Source: an uncultured Verrucomicrobiae bacterium (GTDB lineage Bacteria > Verrucomicrobiota > Verrucomicrobiia > Chthoniobacterales > UBA10450). Taken from it: a DNA stretch of 64,000 bases. This document shows, in pieces, positions 46,835-56,159 of this stretch (its first letter is position 1; each line of letters starts with the position of its first letter). A program made the position numbers and the translations under genes. The notes under the pieces are model-generated. The model saw nothing but the letters and a program-made list of their open reading frames with translations. It had not been told where the DNA came from and made no database searches. The DNA lies in the NCBI GenBank assembly GCA_963735805.1, contig CAVTMK010000001.1, positions 358,246 through 422,245 on the forward strand. The letters run 5' to 3'.

Positions 46835-48304
46835 ATGGCTTACCGCTCATTCCGCAGTTTCCTCGACGCCCTTGAACAAGCGGGCGAACTGAAACGCGTC
46901 GCGATTCCCGTCGATTCCGATCTGCTCATCGCAGAATGGGCTGACCGCGAAATGAAATCGCCAGGCGGCGGAAAGGCGCTTTTATTTGAGCAGGCGATAG
47001 TCGATGGAAAGAAATCGGAATTCCCGGTGGCAATTAACACGATGGGATCCCGCCGCCGCATGGCACTCGCGCTTCAGGTTGCCGACATCGAAGATGTCGC
47101 CAGGGAAATTCAACTCATTCTGAAAGCAAAACCGCCGACAGACCTGCGTGAAGGGTGGAATTTGCTTAAACAGGGGATTCATCTCCTGCATGCGCGTCCA
47201 AAGTCCGTCCGCGATGCGCCATGTCAGGAAGTGGTGCATCGCATCGAAAACGAAGGCCACTTTTCGTTGGCAAATCTGCCGATCCTCAAGTGCTGGCCCA
47301 AAGACGGCGGCCGTTTCATAACGCTGGCAAATGTCCACACACGCGACCCTGAGACCGGCGCGCGCAATGTCGGCGTTTACCGGATGCAAGTTTACGATGG
47401 ATACACTACTGGGATGCACTGGCAGCTTCACAAAGTCGGAGCGCGTCACGGTAAGCGATATTACGAGCGCGGCGAACCGATGCCGGTCGCAGTCACACTG
47501 GGCGGCGATCCAGTGTATACTTTCTCAGCAACGGCGCCGCTGCCGGACGGGCTGGACGAGCTCTTATTCGCCGGTTTTTTACGACGGAAATCGATCGAAC
47601 TTGTTCGTTGCAAAACGATTGATCTCGAGGTTCCCGCGGATGTTGACTTTGTCCTTGAAGGATATGTCCAGCCAGGTGAGATGCGCCCCGAAGGTCCGTT
47701 TGGAGATCACACTGGTTTTTACACAGCGATCGAGGATTACCCAGTCTTCCACTTGACGGCGATCACACATCGGCGTGACGCAGTTTACCCAACAACAATC
47801 GTCGGAATCCCACCGATGGAAGATTATTACCTCGGTGATGCTTGTGTGCGGATCTTTCTGCCAGTGTTCAAAATGAATTTTCCGGAAATTGTGGACATGA
47901 CGCTGCCGCCCGAAGGCGTATTTCACAACCTGGTCTTCGTCAGCATCCGGAAACAGTATCCTTATCAGGCGTTTAAAGTCATGCACGGCTTGTGGGGTAT
48001 GGGCCAGATGATGTTCAGCAAATACATCGTGGCCGTGGACGAAGATTGCGACGTGCGTAATACAAGCGAAGTGCTTTTCCGATTGTGCGCCAACACCGAT
48101 CCCGCACGGGACACGACTGTCATCAAGAATCCAAGCGATTCGCTCGATCACGCGCCGAGCGAACAAAACATTGGTTCACATATGGGGTTTGACGCGACCC
48201 GCAAACTACCCGGTGAAAATTATCACCGTCCGTGGCCGGAACTGCTGAAAATGAGCGATGAAGCGCGAGCATTGGTCGATGCGCTGCAGGCGCAACTGCG
48301 CTGA
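46835..48304 (+). CDS. UbiD-family decarboxylase (menaquinone biosynthesis decarboxylase type)
   Basis: WP.DGGRFIT, N.G.YRMQ, EGPFGDHTG.Y and DAT.K motifs; true start ATG 46835. Confidence 0.93.
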   Translation: MAYRSFRSFLDALEQAGELKRVAIPVDSDLLIAEWADREMKSPGGGKALLFEQAIVDGKKSEFPVAINTMGSRRRMALALQVADIEDVAREIQLILKAKPPTDLREGWNLLKQGIHLLHARPKSVRDAPCQEVVHRIENEGHFSLANLPILKCWPKDGGRFITLANVHTRDPETGARNVGVYRMQVYDGYTTGMHWQLHKVGARHGKRYYERGEPMPVAVTLGGDPVYTFSATAPLPDGLDELLFAGFLRRKSIELVRCKTIDLEVPADVDFVLEGYVQPGEMRPEGPFGDHTGFYTAIEDYPVFHLTAITHRRDAVYPTTIVGIPPMEDYYLGDACVRIFLPVFKMNFPEIVDMTLPPEGVFHNLVFVSIRKQYPYQAFKVMHGLWGMGQMMFSKYIVAVDEDCDVRNTSEVLFRLCANTDPARDTTVIKNPSDSLDHAPSEQNIGSHMGFDATRKLPGENYHRPWPELLKMSDEARALVDALQAQLR

Positions 48305-48323
48305 TCCGCTTTTCAGCGATCAG

Positions 48324-48713
48324 TTACGGTTTACGGAAAAGCCGACCGGTATCAACATCCCGAGTAAGTCCACCGGGCGGTACGCCACGCAAATCGTAAA
48401 CCCTTCCCGTGTAGGGACTGTAGTAAAGGCCTGGTGTTCCGGCCCAGTGCGCATAGGGAAAGCCACCGGGAGGCGGCGGCCCATAGCGCGCAGCTTGATT
48501 CTCCTGAATAATTGCGCCGGTTAACGCGCCGGCTGCGGCGCCTGCGGCTGCGCCGATTGAGGCGGCACGGACATGTCCAGTGGCCGCGCCGCCGATGATC
48601 GCCCCAGTGGCGGCGCCCCATGCTGCACCCTGACCGACTGGAGTGTCGCACGAAGTCAGAATACAAAGGCTCAGAATGATGCCCAACGTACATACAACAA
48701 TTTCCCTTCTCAT
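48324..48713 (-). CDS. Glycine-zipper lipoprotein
   Basis: Lipobox LTSC; GAA.GA..GAIIG zipper; C-terminal SPY..YD domain. Confidence 0.8.
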   Translation of the reverse strand: MRREIVVCTLGIILSLCILTSCDTPVGQGAAWGAATGAIIGGAATGHVRAASIGAAAGAAAGALTGAIIQENQAARYGPPPPGGFPYAHWAGTPGLYYSPYTGRVYDLRGVPPGGLTRDVDTGRLFRKP

Positions 48714-48808
48714 GATCCCATTTGCGGCATTGAACCACAGACCCCGGCGGATGTTGCGGGCCTCAGGACCGCGTTTGTCTGACGAAGCCGCCCTAGAGAC
48801 AGCGCCCG

Positions 48809-49144
48809 TCAGGGGTATACAAATACCCTCTTCGCCCGTACGTCTAGGACGAGCCCGCCGTGGGCAACCTTCGAGCAGTCATACTGTTGATTCGGCGGAT
48901 AAGGGCTCATTACAACTCCGGAAGGATAAGACGGATTACGGGTCGCAGGCGGATAATGCCCTTCTTTTGGCGGATATTTCTTGTCCGCATCCGCTTTAGT
49001 GATCGCTGTCGCCGTCATGACAGGATGAGTCGTTCGGGAATCCATCGCTTCCCTGCCCGCCTGCCCGTACAAAGTCGTGCTCAGCACAAACAGTCCAGTT
49101 ATAACCGCCGACATAATTTTCAGAGAGTTTACTTTCATATTCAT
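48809..49144 (-). CDS. Small exported protein sharing its C-terminal domain with 48324..48713
   Basis: Signal peptide; SPYPPNQQYDCSKVAHGGLVLDVRAKRVFVYP. Confidence 0.7.
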   Translation of the reverse strand: MNMKVNSLKIMSAVITGLFVLSTTLYGQAGREAMDSRTTHPVMTATAITKADADKKYPPKEGHYPPATRNPSYPSGVVMSPYPPNQQYDCSKVAHGGLVLDVRAKRVFVYP

Positions 49145-49168
49145 TTGTAAGGTTTCGCAATCGAGGAG

Positions 49169-50018
49169 TCAGACGGATGTCAGCCGCGGCGAATTCAAAA
49201 AAGATTTGAACAGTTGCGCAGCGATCCGGCCTGCCTTCTCAAGTTTGCTCAACCGATATTCTTTTTCAAAAATCCGAAACTTGTCCAGCTCAATTTGCCG
49301 AAGCAAACCCCGGTAAACCGAGCCCATGATTTCTGCCGGTGCCATGGCCCTCCGGTCTTCGGCAGGCAAAGCCGTCGCTGCATTAGCGAAAAACTGATGC
49401 GCGCGCCTCGCCTGAAATTCCATTAGTTGAACGAAACGCTCATCGTACAGCCGCTGTGCCAGCTCGGTTTCAGAATAATGGAACCGTACCAGGTCTTCCT
49501 GCGGCAGATAAATGCGCCCGTTCTGCAGATCTTTCCCGACATCACGGATGATATTGGTAATTTGCAAAGCCAACCCCAGCTCTATCGCGTATTGTTTGCA
49601 ACGTGGATTGTGGTAGCCAAAAATCTCTATGCTTACCAGACCGACGACACTGGCAACTCGATAGCAATAAACCCGCAGCGCTTCGAAGGTAGGATATCGC
49701 AGCGTACTTCAGGTCCATTTCTACACCCGCAATAATCTCCTCCAGCATCCGGAGTGGCAGCGAATATTTAGCAATTAACTGTCTGACATCGCGGGCAAGT
49801 AGCGGCTCATCCTGGGCCGCGGTGTGAAGCATCTGTCGCCATTTCGCCAGACGCACGCGTTTTTCAACGGCACTCAACTGTGGAGAATCAGCAATATCGT
49901 CGATGACGCGGCAGAACGCGTAGAAAACGGTAATGTCACGTTTACGCTCGCGTCCTAGTGACACGAACGCGAGAGCGAGGTTCGATTTGCTCTGCCGCGT
50001 TATCGTCGCCGCATTCAC
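49169..50018 (-). pseudogene. hpnD: Squalene/phytoene synthase family protein (HpnD-like), +1 frameshift near 49709
   Basis: YAFCRVIDDIAD in one frame; RYPTF..L..YCYRVAS.VG and ALQITNIIRDVGKD...GRIYLP in the other. Joined by deleting one A in CTGAAGTACG. Confidence 0.85.
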
Positions 50019-50043
50019 ATCCGTCCTTCTACAAACTAGCTTT

Positions 50044-51222
50044 CTAGTACTGAATCCATTTCTCCCCGCCAATGCGGCCGGTCTCACACTGGCGAAACAA
50101 ACAGACCCACGAAGCCAAAAGCCAACCGGTGACTACTCCCCGGAGAAAGGCAAAACTCAATTTCCAAAGGAACAGTGCGCCCAATCGGTCCGCAATTGCG
50201 CTGCGCACGATGGCATCGCAGACCATGATGCAGAAAAAATGGATGCCGCAAATTATCAAAAACCACCCGAGACGAACTGCATGTTTCCGCATAAAGAGGC
50301 CGTGCGCATGCATCGCTTCGGTCACGTTTTCGTTATGGAGCGTCAGGGAGATTTGGACGGAACAAAATGCAATGATCAAGATGCTCATGAGCACTCGTGC
50401 GATCGGCAGATAATCTAAAACACCGGAAATATTCGTGAAATAAGCAAGAAGAAGCGGCAACCGGACGATCAGCATGCTTACCGCAACGACGATCCCAGCC
50501 CATTCCAGGACATAACTAAAACGGCGCATGGCGAAGCGAAAGAGTTCTCCTTCTTCGAAGCTGACGCCCTTTATCCAGGCCAGGCATACGGTAATGAGGT
50601 AGACCTGGATATAGACCCCCAGGAGGTATTCAAAAATGAAGGCCGTCGCGTCGACCGTAGCTGAGATTCTAAGCAGGCCAGCAGCGGGGACCAAGCTACT
50701 CCACGCTGGCAATCGCCAGAAGACAATCGGCTTCAGAAGCGAAGCCAGTGCGCTAAGTAACAAAACCAAATAGATAACATGACCCCAGAAACGGTAACGT
50801 TTCCACAACGCTCGAACCAATGCGGCATGCAATCCCCGCCAGTTAGAGAGCATGAACAGGGCGGCCACGACAGAGAAAGGGTAAGTAGTCGTGGCGTTAT
50901 CAAAAATTCCCGCGACTCCTTCCAGCGCAGGCAACGGCGTTTCGCGCCATATATCCACAAATCGCGGCCAATACCAGTGCGGCAAGGCGATAATCTGGTT
51001 CAGATCAATGTCGGCCCAGTTTCGAATCGGAGTGAACGTGACGAACTGAAAAAAGAAATAACCGAACCCAAGAAGTGCAAAGGTAATCCAGATACGTTTA
51101 TAGCGCCGGATGCAACGGAAACCGTCTCCGAGCGCACTCCGCACCGGATTGAACATCATCACAATCGCGTAACCACCGCAAAGGCCAAGTAGCGGATATA
51201 AGCGCGGCAAGTGTCGCCACAT
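50044..51222 (-). CDS. Polytopic membrane protein of unknown function
   Basis: 392-aa ORF with many hydrophobic segments, co-oriented with its neighbours. Confidence 0.75.
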   Translation of the reverse strand: MWRHLPRLYPLLGLCGGYAIVMMFNPVRSALGDGFRCIRRYKRIWITFALLGFGYFFFQFVTFTPIRNWADIDLNQIIALPHWYWPRFVDIWRETPLPALEGVAGIFDNATTTYPFSVVAALFMLSNWRGLHAALVRALWKRYRFWGHVIYLVLLLSALASLLKPIVFWRLPAWSSLVPAAGLLRISATVDATAFIFEYLLGVYIQVYLITVCLAWIKGVSFEEGELFRFAMRRFSYVLEWAGIVVAVSMLIVRLPLLLAYFTNISGVLDYLPIARVLMSILIIAFCSVQISLTLHNENVTEAMHAHGLFMRKHAVRLGWFLIICGIHFFCIMVCDAIVRSAIADRLGALFLWKLSFAFLRGVVTGWLLASWVCLFRQCETGRIGGEKWIQY

Positions 51223-51284
51223 GTCAAAAAGGAATGCTGGCGCGTGACGCGACTCGCCTTCGGCTATGTAGCGCCAAACACGAA

Positions 51285-51310
51285 CGGACGGCCCGGAGGT
51301 CCGTCCCTAC
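51285..51310 (-). repeat. GTAG-type REP
   Basis: GTAG tetranucleotide followed by palindrome GGACGGACC-TCC-GGGCCGTCC. Confidence 0.7.
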
Positions 51311-51325
51311 GGGTCGTAAAGTCAT

Positions 51326-52417
51326 CTACCGAATGAGTCCCCAGTGTGGGTGGAACGGCCAGTAAACCAACAAACCACGTCCAACAAGGTTCGTCTCGGG
51401 TACTATTCCCCAGTAGCGACTATCATAGCTATTGTAACTGTTATCTCCCAGGGCAAAGTAAGAATTCTGCGGCACGGTGAACGATTGATCTGGTCGCGAC
51501 AGATATTCGTGTCCCGGGGCATAACCACGATAAGGAGGTTTCGCTGACATAACCCGGGCAAAACCATAGCCTTCTGCTTTCCGCCCATTCACATAGAGGA
51601 ACGGCGAGTCGATTCGAAGCGTCTCGCCGGGCACACCGGCCAATCGCTTGATATAAAATGGCGCACCTGCCTCAGGATCCTCGCGAATGCCTGGAATATG
51701 ATTTGTCCGGAAGACGAACACGTCGCCACCATGCGGTTTAACAAAGTTATAACTAAACTTATCGACAAACACCTGGTCGCCGGTATCGATTGCGCCTCTG
51801 GCAATAATGTCGCCCCGATGATAAAGACGGCCTGGAAAAACGTTGAAATCGTGGCTCAGGGTGTCTGGGGCTGCATAGACCAGGTATTTCTGCCGCTGGC
51901 AAATCAGCTGTGAAAAGGTAAAGAAAAAGAACATTTTCCTGGGCTGAATTTCAAGGAGCTGATCGTCCTCGCGCGAAACAACGTTGATGTAGTTGCGGCC
52001 CAAAACGATGAACTCGCCGATCTGACGCAGGATATTTGGCGGCGGAGCTGTGCTCGGATAGCCAATAATCCCATTCAAGGTCGGCTGCATCGAGCCGGTG
52101 GGGATCTTGAACGGCTGCAGGAAATAGGAGCGAATACCCACCGCCACAACGATGGCCACCAGGATCACCTCACAATTCTCTCGCCAATGCGATTCCCACG
52201 TTACCGGTGTGAGCCTGTGCAACGTCTTGTCAAGCACGTCCGCCGTGTTGTGAATTCTCTCGCGGTCTCTTTGACGCAGCGCTTCACGTAGAGCTTCCAT
52301 CCCAGCAAGAATCTGTTCGCGGTCCGAGCTAGCGAGCTGATCGTCCTTGTAGCGCAGATACTTTCGGGCGTGCCGCAGCAACAGGCGGCTATGTTTCACT
52401 TGGCGCGATGTAAACAT
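51326..52417 (-). CDS. lepB: Signal peptidase I with N-terminal helical extension
   Basis: IPTGSMQPTL, YIKRL.G.PG and LGDN..NS.DSRYWG motifs. Confidence 0.95.
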   Translation of the reverse strand: MFTSRQVKHSRLLLRHARKYLRYKDDQLASSDREQILAGMEALREALRQRDRERIHNTADVLDKTLHRLTPVTWESHWRENCEVILVAIVVAVGIRSYFLQPFKIPTGSMQPTLNGIIGYPSTAPPPNILRQIGEFIVLGRNYINVVSREDDQLLEIQPRKMFFFFTFSQLICQRQKYLVYAAPDTLSHDFNVFPGRLYHRGDIIARGAIDTGDQVFVDKFSYNFVKPHGGDVFVFRTNHIPGIREDPEAGAPFYIKRLAGVPGETLRIDSPFLYVNGRKAEGYGFARVMSAKPPYRGYAPGHEYLSRPDQSFTVPQNSYFALGDNSYNSYDSRYWGIVPETNLVGRGLLVYWPFHPHWGLIR

Positions 52418-52552
52418 GATCTAGAAAATGACGAAGTTCGAACGATCAATGACCAAACAAGGATAAAGCTCAAACGACGAAGGAAAGAAGCCCATCTGAC
52501 ATCGTATGGTTGATTCAAGATTATTCATAAGATTTCGTCATTCCGAAGCGCA

Positions 52553-54349
52553 TCATTGCGCTTTGAGCACCTCGATAAACGCCTCCTGAGGTATATTAAT
52601 TTTCCCGATGCTTTTCATGCGTTTTTTTCCTTCTTTTTGTTTCTCCAGTAGCTTGCGTTTACGCGTAATATCGCCGCCGTAGCATTTCGCGGTTACATTT
52701 TTTCGCAATGCCGAAACGCTCTCGCGCGCAATGATTTTTCCCCCAATAGCTGCCTGGATGGCTACCTGATACAGTTGTCGCGGGATTACTTCTTTTAGCT
52801 TGGCCGCTAGCTGTCGTCCCCGCGCCTCCGCACGATCTTTGTGTACGATCGTCGAAAATGCGTCGACTGGCTCACCATTAACGAGCAAATCCAGCTTTAC
52901 CAATTTTGCCGCGCGATAACCGGCGTGCTCGTAATCCATCGAGCCGTAGCCGCGCGTAAGGCTTTTAATCTTGTCGTTAAAATCGACGAGAATCTCGTTG
53001 AGAGGCAATTGGCAATGCAGCATTACGCGACGCGTATCGAGCGACTCTGTGCGCTCCATCAGGCCGCGCTTTTCCAGAATCAATTGCAGGATATCGCCGA
53101 TGTTTTCATTCGGGCAAAGCACATACGCCTTGACAATCGGCTCACGAATTTCCTGGATCATGCTGGGATTAGGCAGATGTGCAGGGTTATCGATCAAAAA
53201 TTTCTCGCCGCGGGTGGTGATCACCTCGTAGACGACGCTTGGACTGGTGGCGATGATGTCCATGTTATATTCGCGTCGGAGCCGCTCCTGAATGATCTCC
53301 ATGTGAAGTAGCCCGAGAAATCCGCAGCGAAATCCGAATCCGAGCGCCACCGAGCTCTCTGGTTGATAGACAAACGCGGAATCGTTCAAGCGCAGTTTCG
53401 CAATCGCAGTCTTCAAATGTTCGAAATCACCGGTATTGATTGGATAGATCCCGCTGAAGACCATCGGATGAATTTCCTGAAAGCCCGGCAACGGCTGCTT
53501 GGCAGGATGGCGTTGGTCAGTGATGGTATCGCCAATCTTGATGTCGGCGGTCGATTTAATGTTTGCGATAAAATAGCCGACGTCGCCGGGATTTAGCGTT
53601 TCCTGTGGGAGCATCTTCGGCGTAAACACGCCCACTTCCTTGATCTCATAGCGCGCGTTATTGCTCATCAACGTGATGGCGTGATTCGCTTCCATCGTCC
53701 CGGAAACAACACGTACATAACCGACCACACCGCGATAAACATCAAAAACCGAATCAAAAACAAGCGCGCGCAGGGTATCATCTGCCGGCGGGCGCGGTGG
53801 CGGGATACGCTTCACAATCGCTTCAAGAATTTCCTCGATGCCGATTCCCATCTTTGCGCTCGCGTCGATTGCTTCCTCGGCAGGAATCGCAAGAATTTCT
53901 TCCAACTGACGATGCACTGAGGCCACATCAGCATTCGGCAGATCGATCTTATTGATGACCGGAAGGATGTTGAGCCCCTGCTTGTGAGCGAGGTGCACGT
54001 TCGCAACGGTCTGCGCCTCGACGCCCTGCGCCGCGTCCACAACCAGCAAGGCGCCCTCGCATGCCGCGAGGCTCCGTGAGACTTCATAGCTGAAATCGAC
54101 GTGACCCGGAGTATCGAGCAAGTTTAGCCGGTAACTTTGGCCCGATTTGCTCGTGTAACGCATCGTCACCGGATGCGCTTTGATCGTGATCCCGCGTTCC
54201 CGCTCCAGGTCCATTGAATCCAGAAGCTGGTCCTGTTTTTCACGCTCCTGGATTGTTCCAGTGCGTTCAAGCAACCGGTCTGACAACGTCGTTTTGCCGT
54301 GATCGATGTGCGCGATGATGCAGAAATTGCGCGTAAACTCAATGGCCAT
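52553..54349 (-). CDS. lepA: Elongation factor 4 (LepA)
   Basis: AHIDHGKTTL, DTPGHVDF, GFRCGFLGLLH and KCYGGDITRK motifs. Confidence 0.98.
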   Translation of the reverse strand: MAIEFTRNFCIIAHIDHGKTTLSDRLLERTGTIQEREKQDQLLDSMDLERERGITIKAHPVTMRYTSKSGQSYRLNLLDTPGHVDFSYEVSRSLAACEGALLVVDAAQGVEAQTVANVHLAHKQGLNILPVINKIDLPNADVASVHRQLEEILAIPAEEAIDASAKMGIGIEEILEAIVKRIPPPRPPADDTLRALVFDSVFDVYRGVVGYVRVVSGTMEANHAITLMSNNARYEIKEVGVFTPKMLPQETLNPGDVGYFIANIKSTADIKIGDTITDQRHPAKQPLPGFQEIHPMVFSGIYPINTGDFEHLKTAIAKLRLNDSAFVYQPESSVALGFGFRCGFLGLLHMEIIQERLRREYNMDIIATSPSVVYEVITTRGEKFLIDNPAHLPNPSMIQEIREPIVKAYVLCPNENIGDILQLILEKRGLMERTESLDTRRVMLHCQLPLNEILVDFNDKIKSLTRGYGSMDYEHAGYRAAKLVKLDLLVNGEPVDAFSTIVHKDRAEARGRQLAAKLKEVIPRQLYQVAIQAAIGGKIIARESVSALRKNVTAKCYGGDITRKRKLLEKQKEGKKRMKSIGKINIPQEAFIEVLKAQ

Positions 54350-54585
54350 GGAAGTTGGCACTATGCGAGCGCGGTCATCTCTGGTCAATTATTGCACGCT
54401 CGCTTGAGCTATGCCGAGAAATCTCCGGGAATTGAGCGTAAAGCCGGTTAGTGAGGAAGCCTGCCCTCCAATAACTGCGAGTTTGCCGCCCGAAGTGCTG
54501 AGTAAAGATAGTCGAGGCTTAGGGCTCACTGCGCTGTCTCCAAACATCTTCAGGAACTTTGCCTGGCGATTTCCGGAGAATGATG

Positions 54586-54726
54586 ATGAAAGCAATCAAA
54601 GTGAAGTGTGTAACACTACTTCTAGTCGTTTCTTTTGCCTGCGCATCGCACATCTTCGCAGTTTTACGGCCGCTATTTCCGATCAAGCCAGAGCCACCAT
54701 TTGCAAAGACAGAGGGTAAGCAATGA
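54586..54726 (+). CDS. Unannotated 46-aa secreted Pro-rich peptide
   Basis: GGAG 7 nt upstream; MKAIKVKCVTLLLVVSFACASHIFA-VLRPLFPIKPEPPFAKTEGKQ; ATGA overlap with the next gene. Confidence 0.6.
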   Translation: MKAIKVKCVTLLLVVSFACASHIFAVLRPLFPIKPEPPFAKTEGKQ

Positions 54727-54935
54727 ACCGCACCAGCTGCAAAACGGACATCTGGATTTTGGCGCAGGGCACGCTTGCGCTCGTTAGGCCGCTGACTCAG
54801 AGGGCGAGTGAATGGGTTAGAAAACACGCCCAGGCTGACTCTCAGTGGTTTGGTCCTGCTCTCCTCCTCGAACACCACCATGCTGCAAAGCTACGCAACG
54901 GAATGATCGAGGCCGGACTGCACGTTACGCAATGA
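54723..54935 (+). CDS. Small hypothetical protein (70 aa)
   Basis: Globular-looking sequence; translationally coupled to the upstream peptide ORF. Confidence 0.6.
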   Translation: MNRTSCKTDIWILAQGTLALVRPLTQRASEWVRKHAQADSQWFGPALLLEHHHAAKLRNGMIEAGLHVTQ

Positions 54936-55024
54936 TTCCAGAACCAGGAGCAGGTTAGGGCAAAGCCAAAAATCAGCGCTCCACTTTTCCGGGACTGCGA
55001 TCCCAGAAATTAGCCCCATTCCGA

Positions 55025-55318
55025 TCAGGGCATTTTAGCCAGGATCTTCTCCATCTCCGAGCTCGTGAAAGCACGCAACGTCTGCGTGCGAATATTACCC
55101 AGCATATCTGCCGCCAGCAACACGCCCGCGGCGGTTTCATCATCCGGAGCGTCGAACACGCACACCTGGTCATACTGACCGAGTGTCCAATACATCTGCT
55201 TAATGCTTACCCCTCTCGACTGGACCTCAGACGCCCACTCGGCTACCCGCGCGGTCGTCTCTTTTGCAGCTTGAATACCCTTGTCAGTGAATTGCACCAA
55301 ACTGATGTATGTCGCCAT
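55025..55318 (-). CDS. GYD domain protein
   Basis: MATYI.L..FTD.G, YWTLGQYD and GNIRT.TLRAF motifs. Confidence 0.92.
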   Translation of the reverse strand: MATYISLVQFTDKGIQAAKETTARVAEWASEVQSRGVSIKQMYWTLGQYDQVCVFDAPDDETAAGVLLAADMLGNIRTQTLRAFTSSEMEKILAKMP

Positions 55319-55544
55319 GATATTACGAGTCTAATTATTTCTGGGTCGGTTTCCGTCCAAACACGGAAGGACTGAGGATACTGCCACCGACTCCGAGGAT
55401 CAAATACCTCAAACGCCAATTATACTCCCTCCGCTGGATCAAAAGACTCTCATTCCAACATCAGGATTTTGCTTCGTTCGGTTACTCCCGGATCGGAAGG
55501 AATCACTCGACCGAATGCAAACTGTTCAGCTAGATTACGCTGAC

Positions 55545-56030
55545 ATGCCAAAGCTTATCATCAGCGGAACGACATATGAACTTGTTGATGACCTGGTCAC
55601 AATCGGGCGCGGCCCAGATAACACAATAATCATCAATAACCCTTCGGTATCCGCCCGACACGCGCGGTTGCATTCGACTGGGGAAACTTATCGCTTGAAA
55701 GATCTCGGTTCGACCAATGGCACGCAGGTTAATGGCAAGCCAGTGACCGAAACATTGCTGTGCTTTGATGATCGGATTCGGTTTGGCGCGGCCGAAGCCC
55801 GTTACGAATCGGACGCGAGCGGGTCGCGGCCGCTACCCCAACTTGAGGAGATCAAAGCTACAACGGCGGAATTGAGCGCTGTGCCTGCGGATTTTGCCAA
55901 TGTTTCCCCGTTCCGACGTCAAAAACAACAAAGCGACCCGGTTCGCAATGCAATTTTTGTCGGTTTGGCAATTGCACTGCTGGTATTTCTGGGAAGCATG
56001 ATCGCAGTACTGATGATGCATGCTACATAA
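55545..56030 (+). CDS. FHA domain protein with C-terminal TM
   Basis: TIGR, VS.RHA and DLGSTNGT.VNG motifs. Confidence 0.92.
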   Translation: MPKLIISGTTYELVDDLVTIGRGPDNTIIINNPSVSARHARLHSTGETYRLKDLGSTNGTQVNGKPVTETLLCFDDRIRFGAAEARYESDASGSRPLPQLEEIKATTAELSAVPADFANVSPFRRQKQQSDPVRNAIFVGLAIALLVFLGSMIAVLMMHAT

Positions 56031-56068
56031 CCTGTAAGCTGCGGTCGCGGTTTATGTCCCGACGACAA

Positions 56069-56156
56069 TGTAGCGAGATACGAACTCGCAATTTTTGAAA
56101 TGCGCCAATTATAGAATTGGGCCAATTTGCAACCGCGCTCACAGATCACCGCTACA
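56069..56156. repeat. REPIN-like element with TGTAGCG/CGCTACA inverted ends
   Basis: 7-bp terminal inverted repeats; inner hairpin CCAATT-ATAG-AATTGG. Confidence 0.55.
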
Positions 56157-56159
56157 GAA

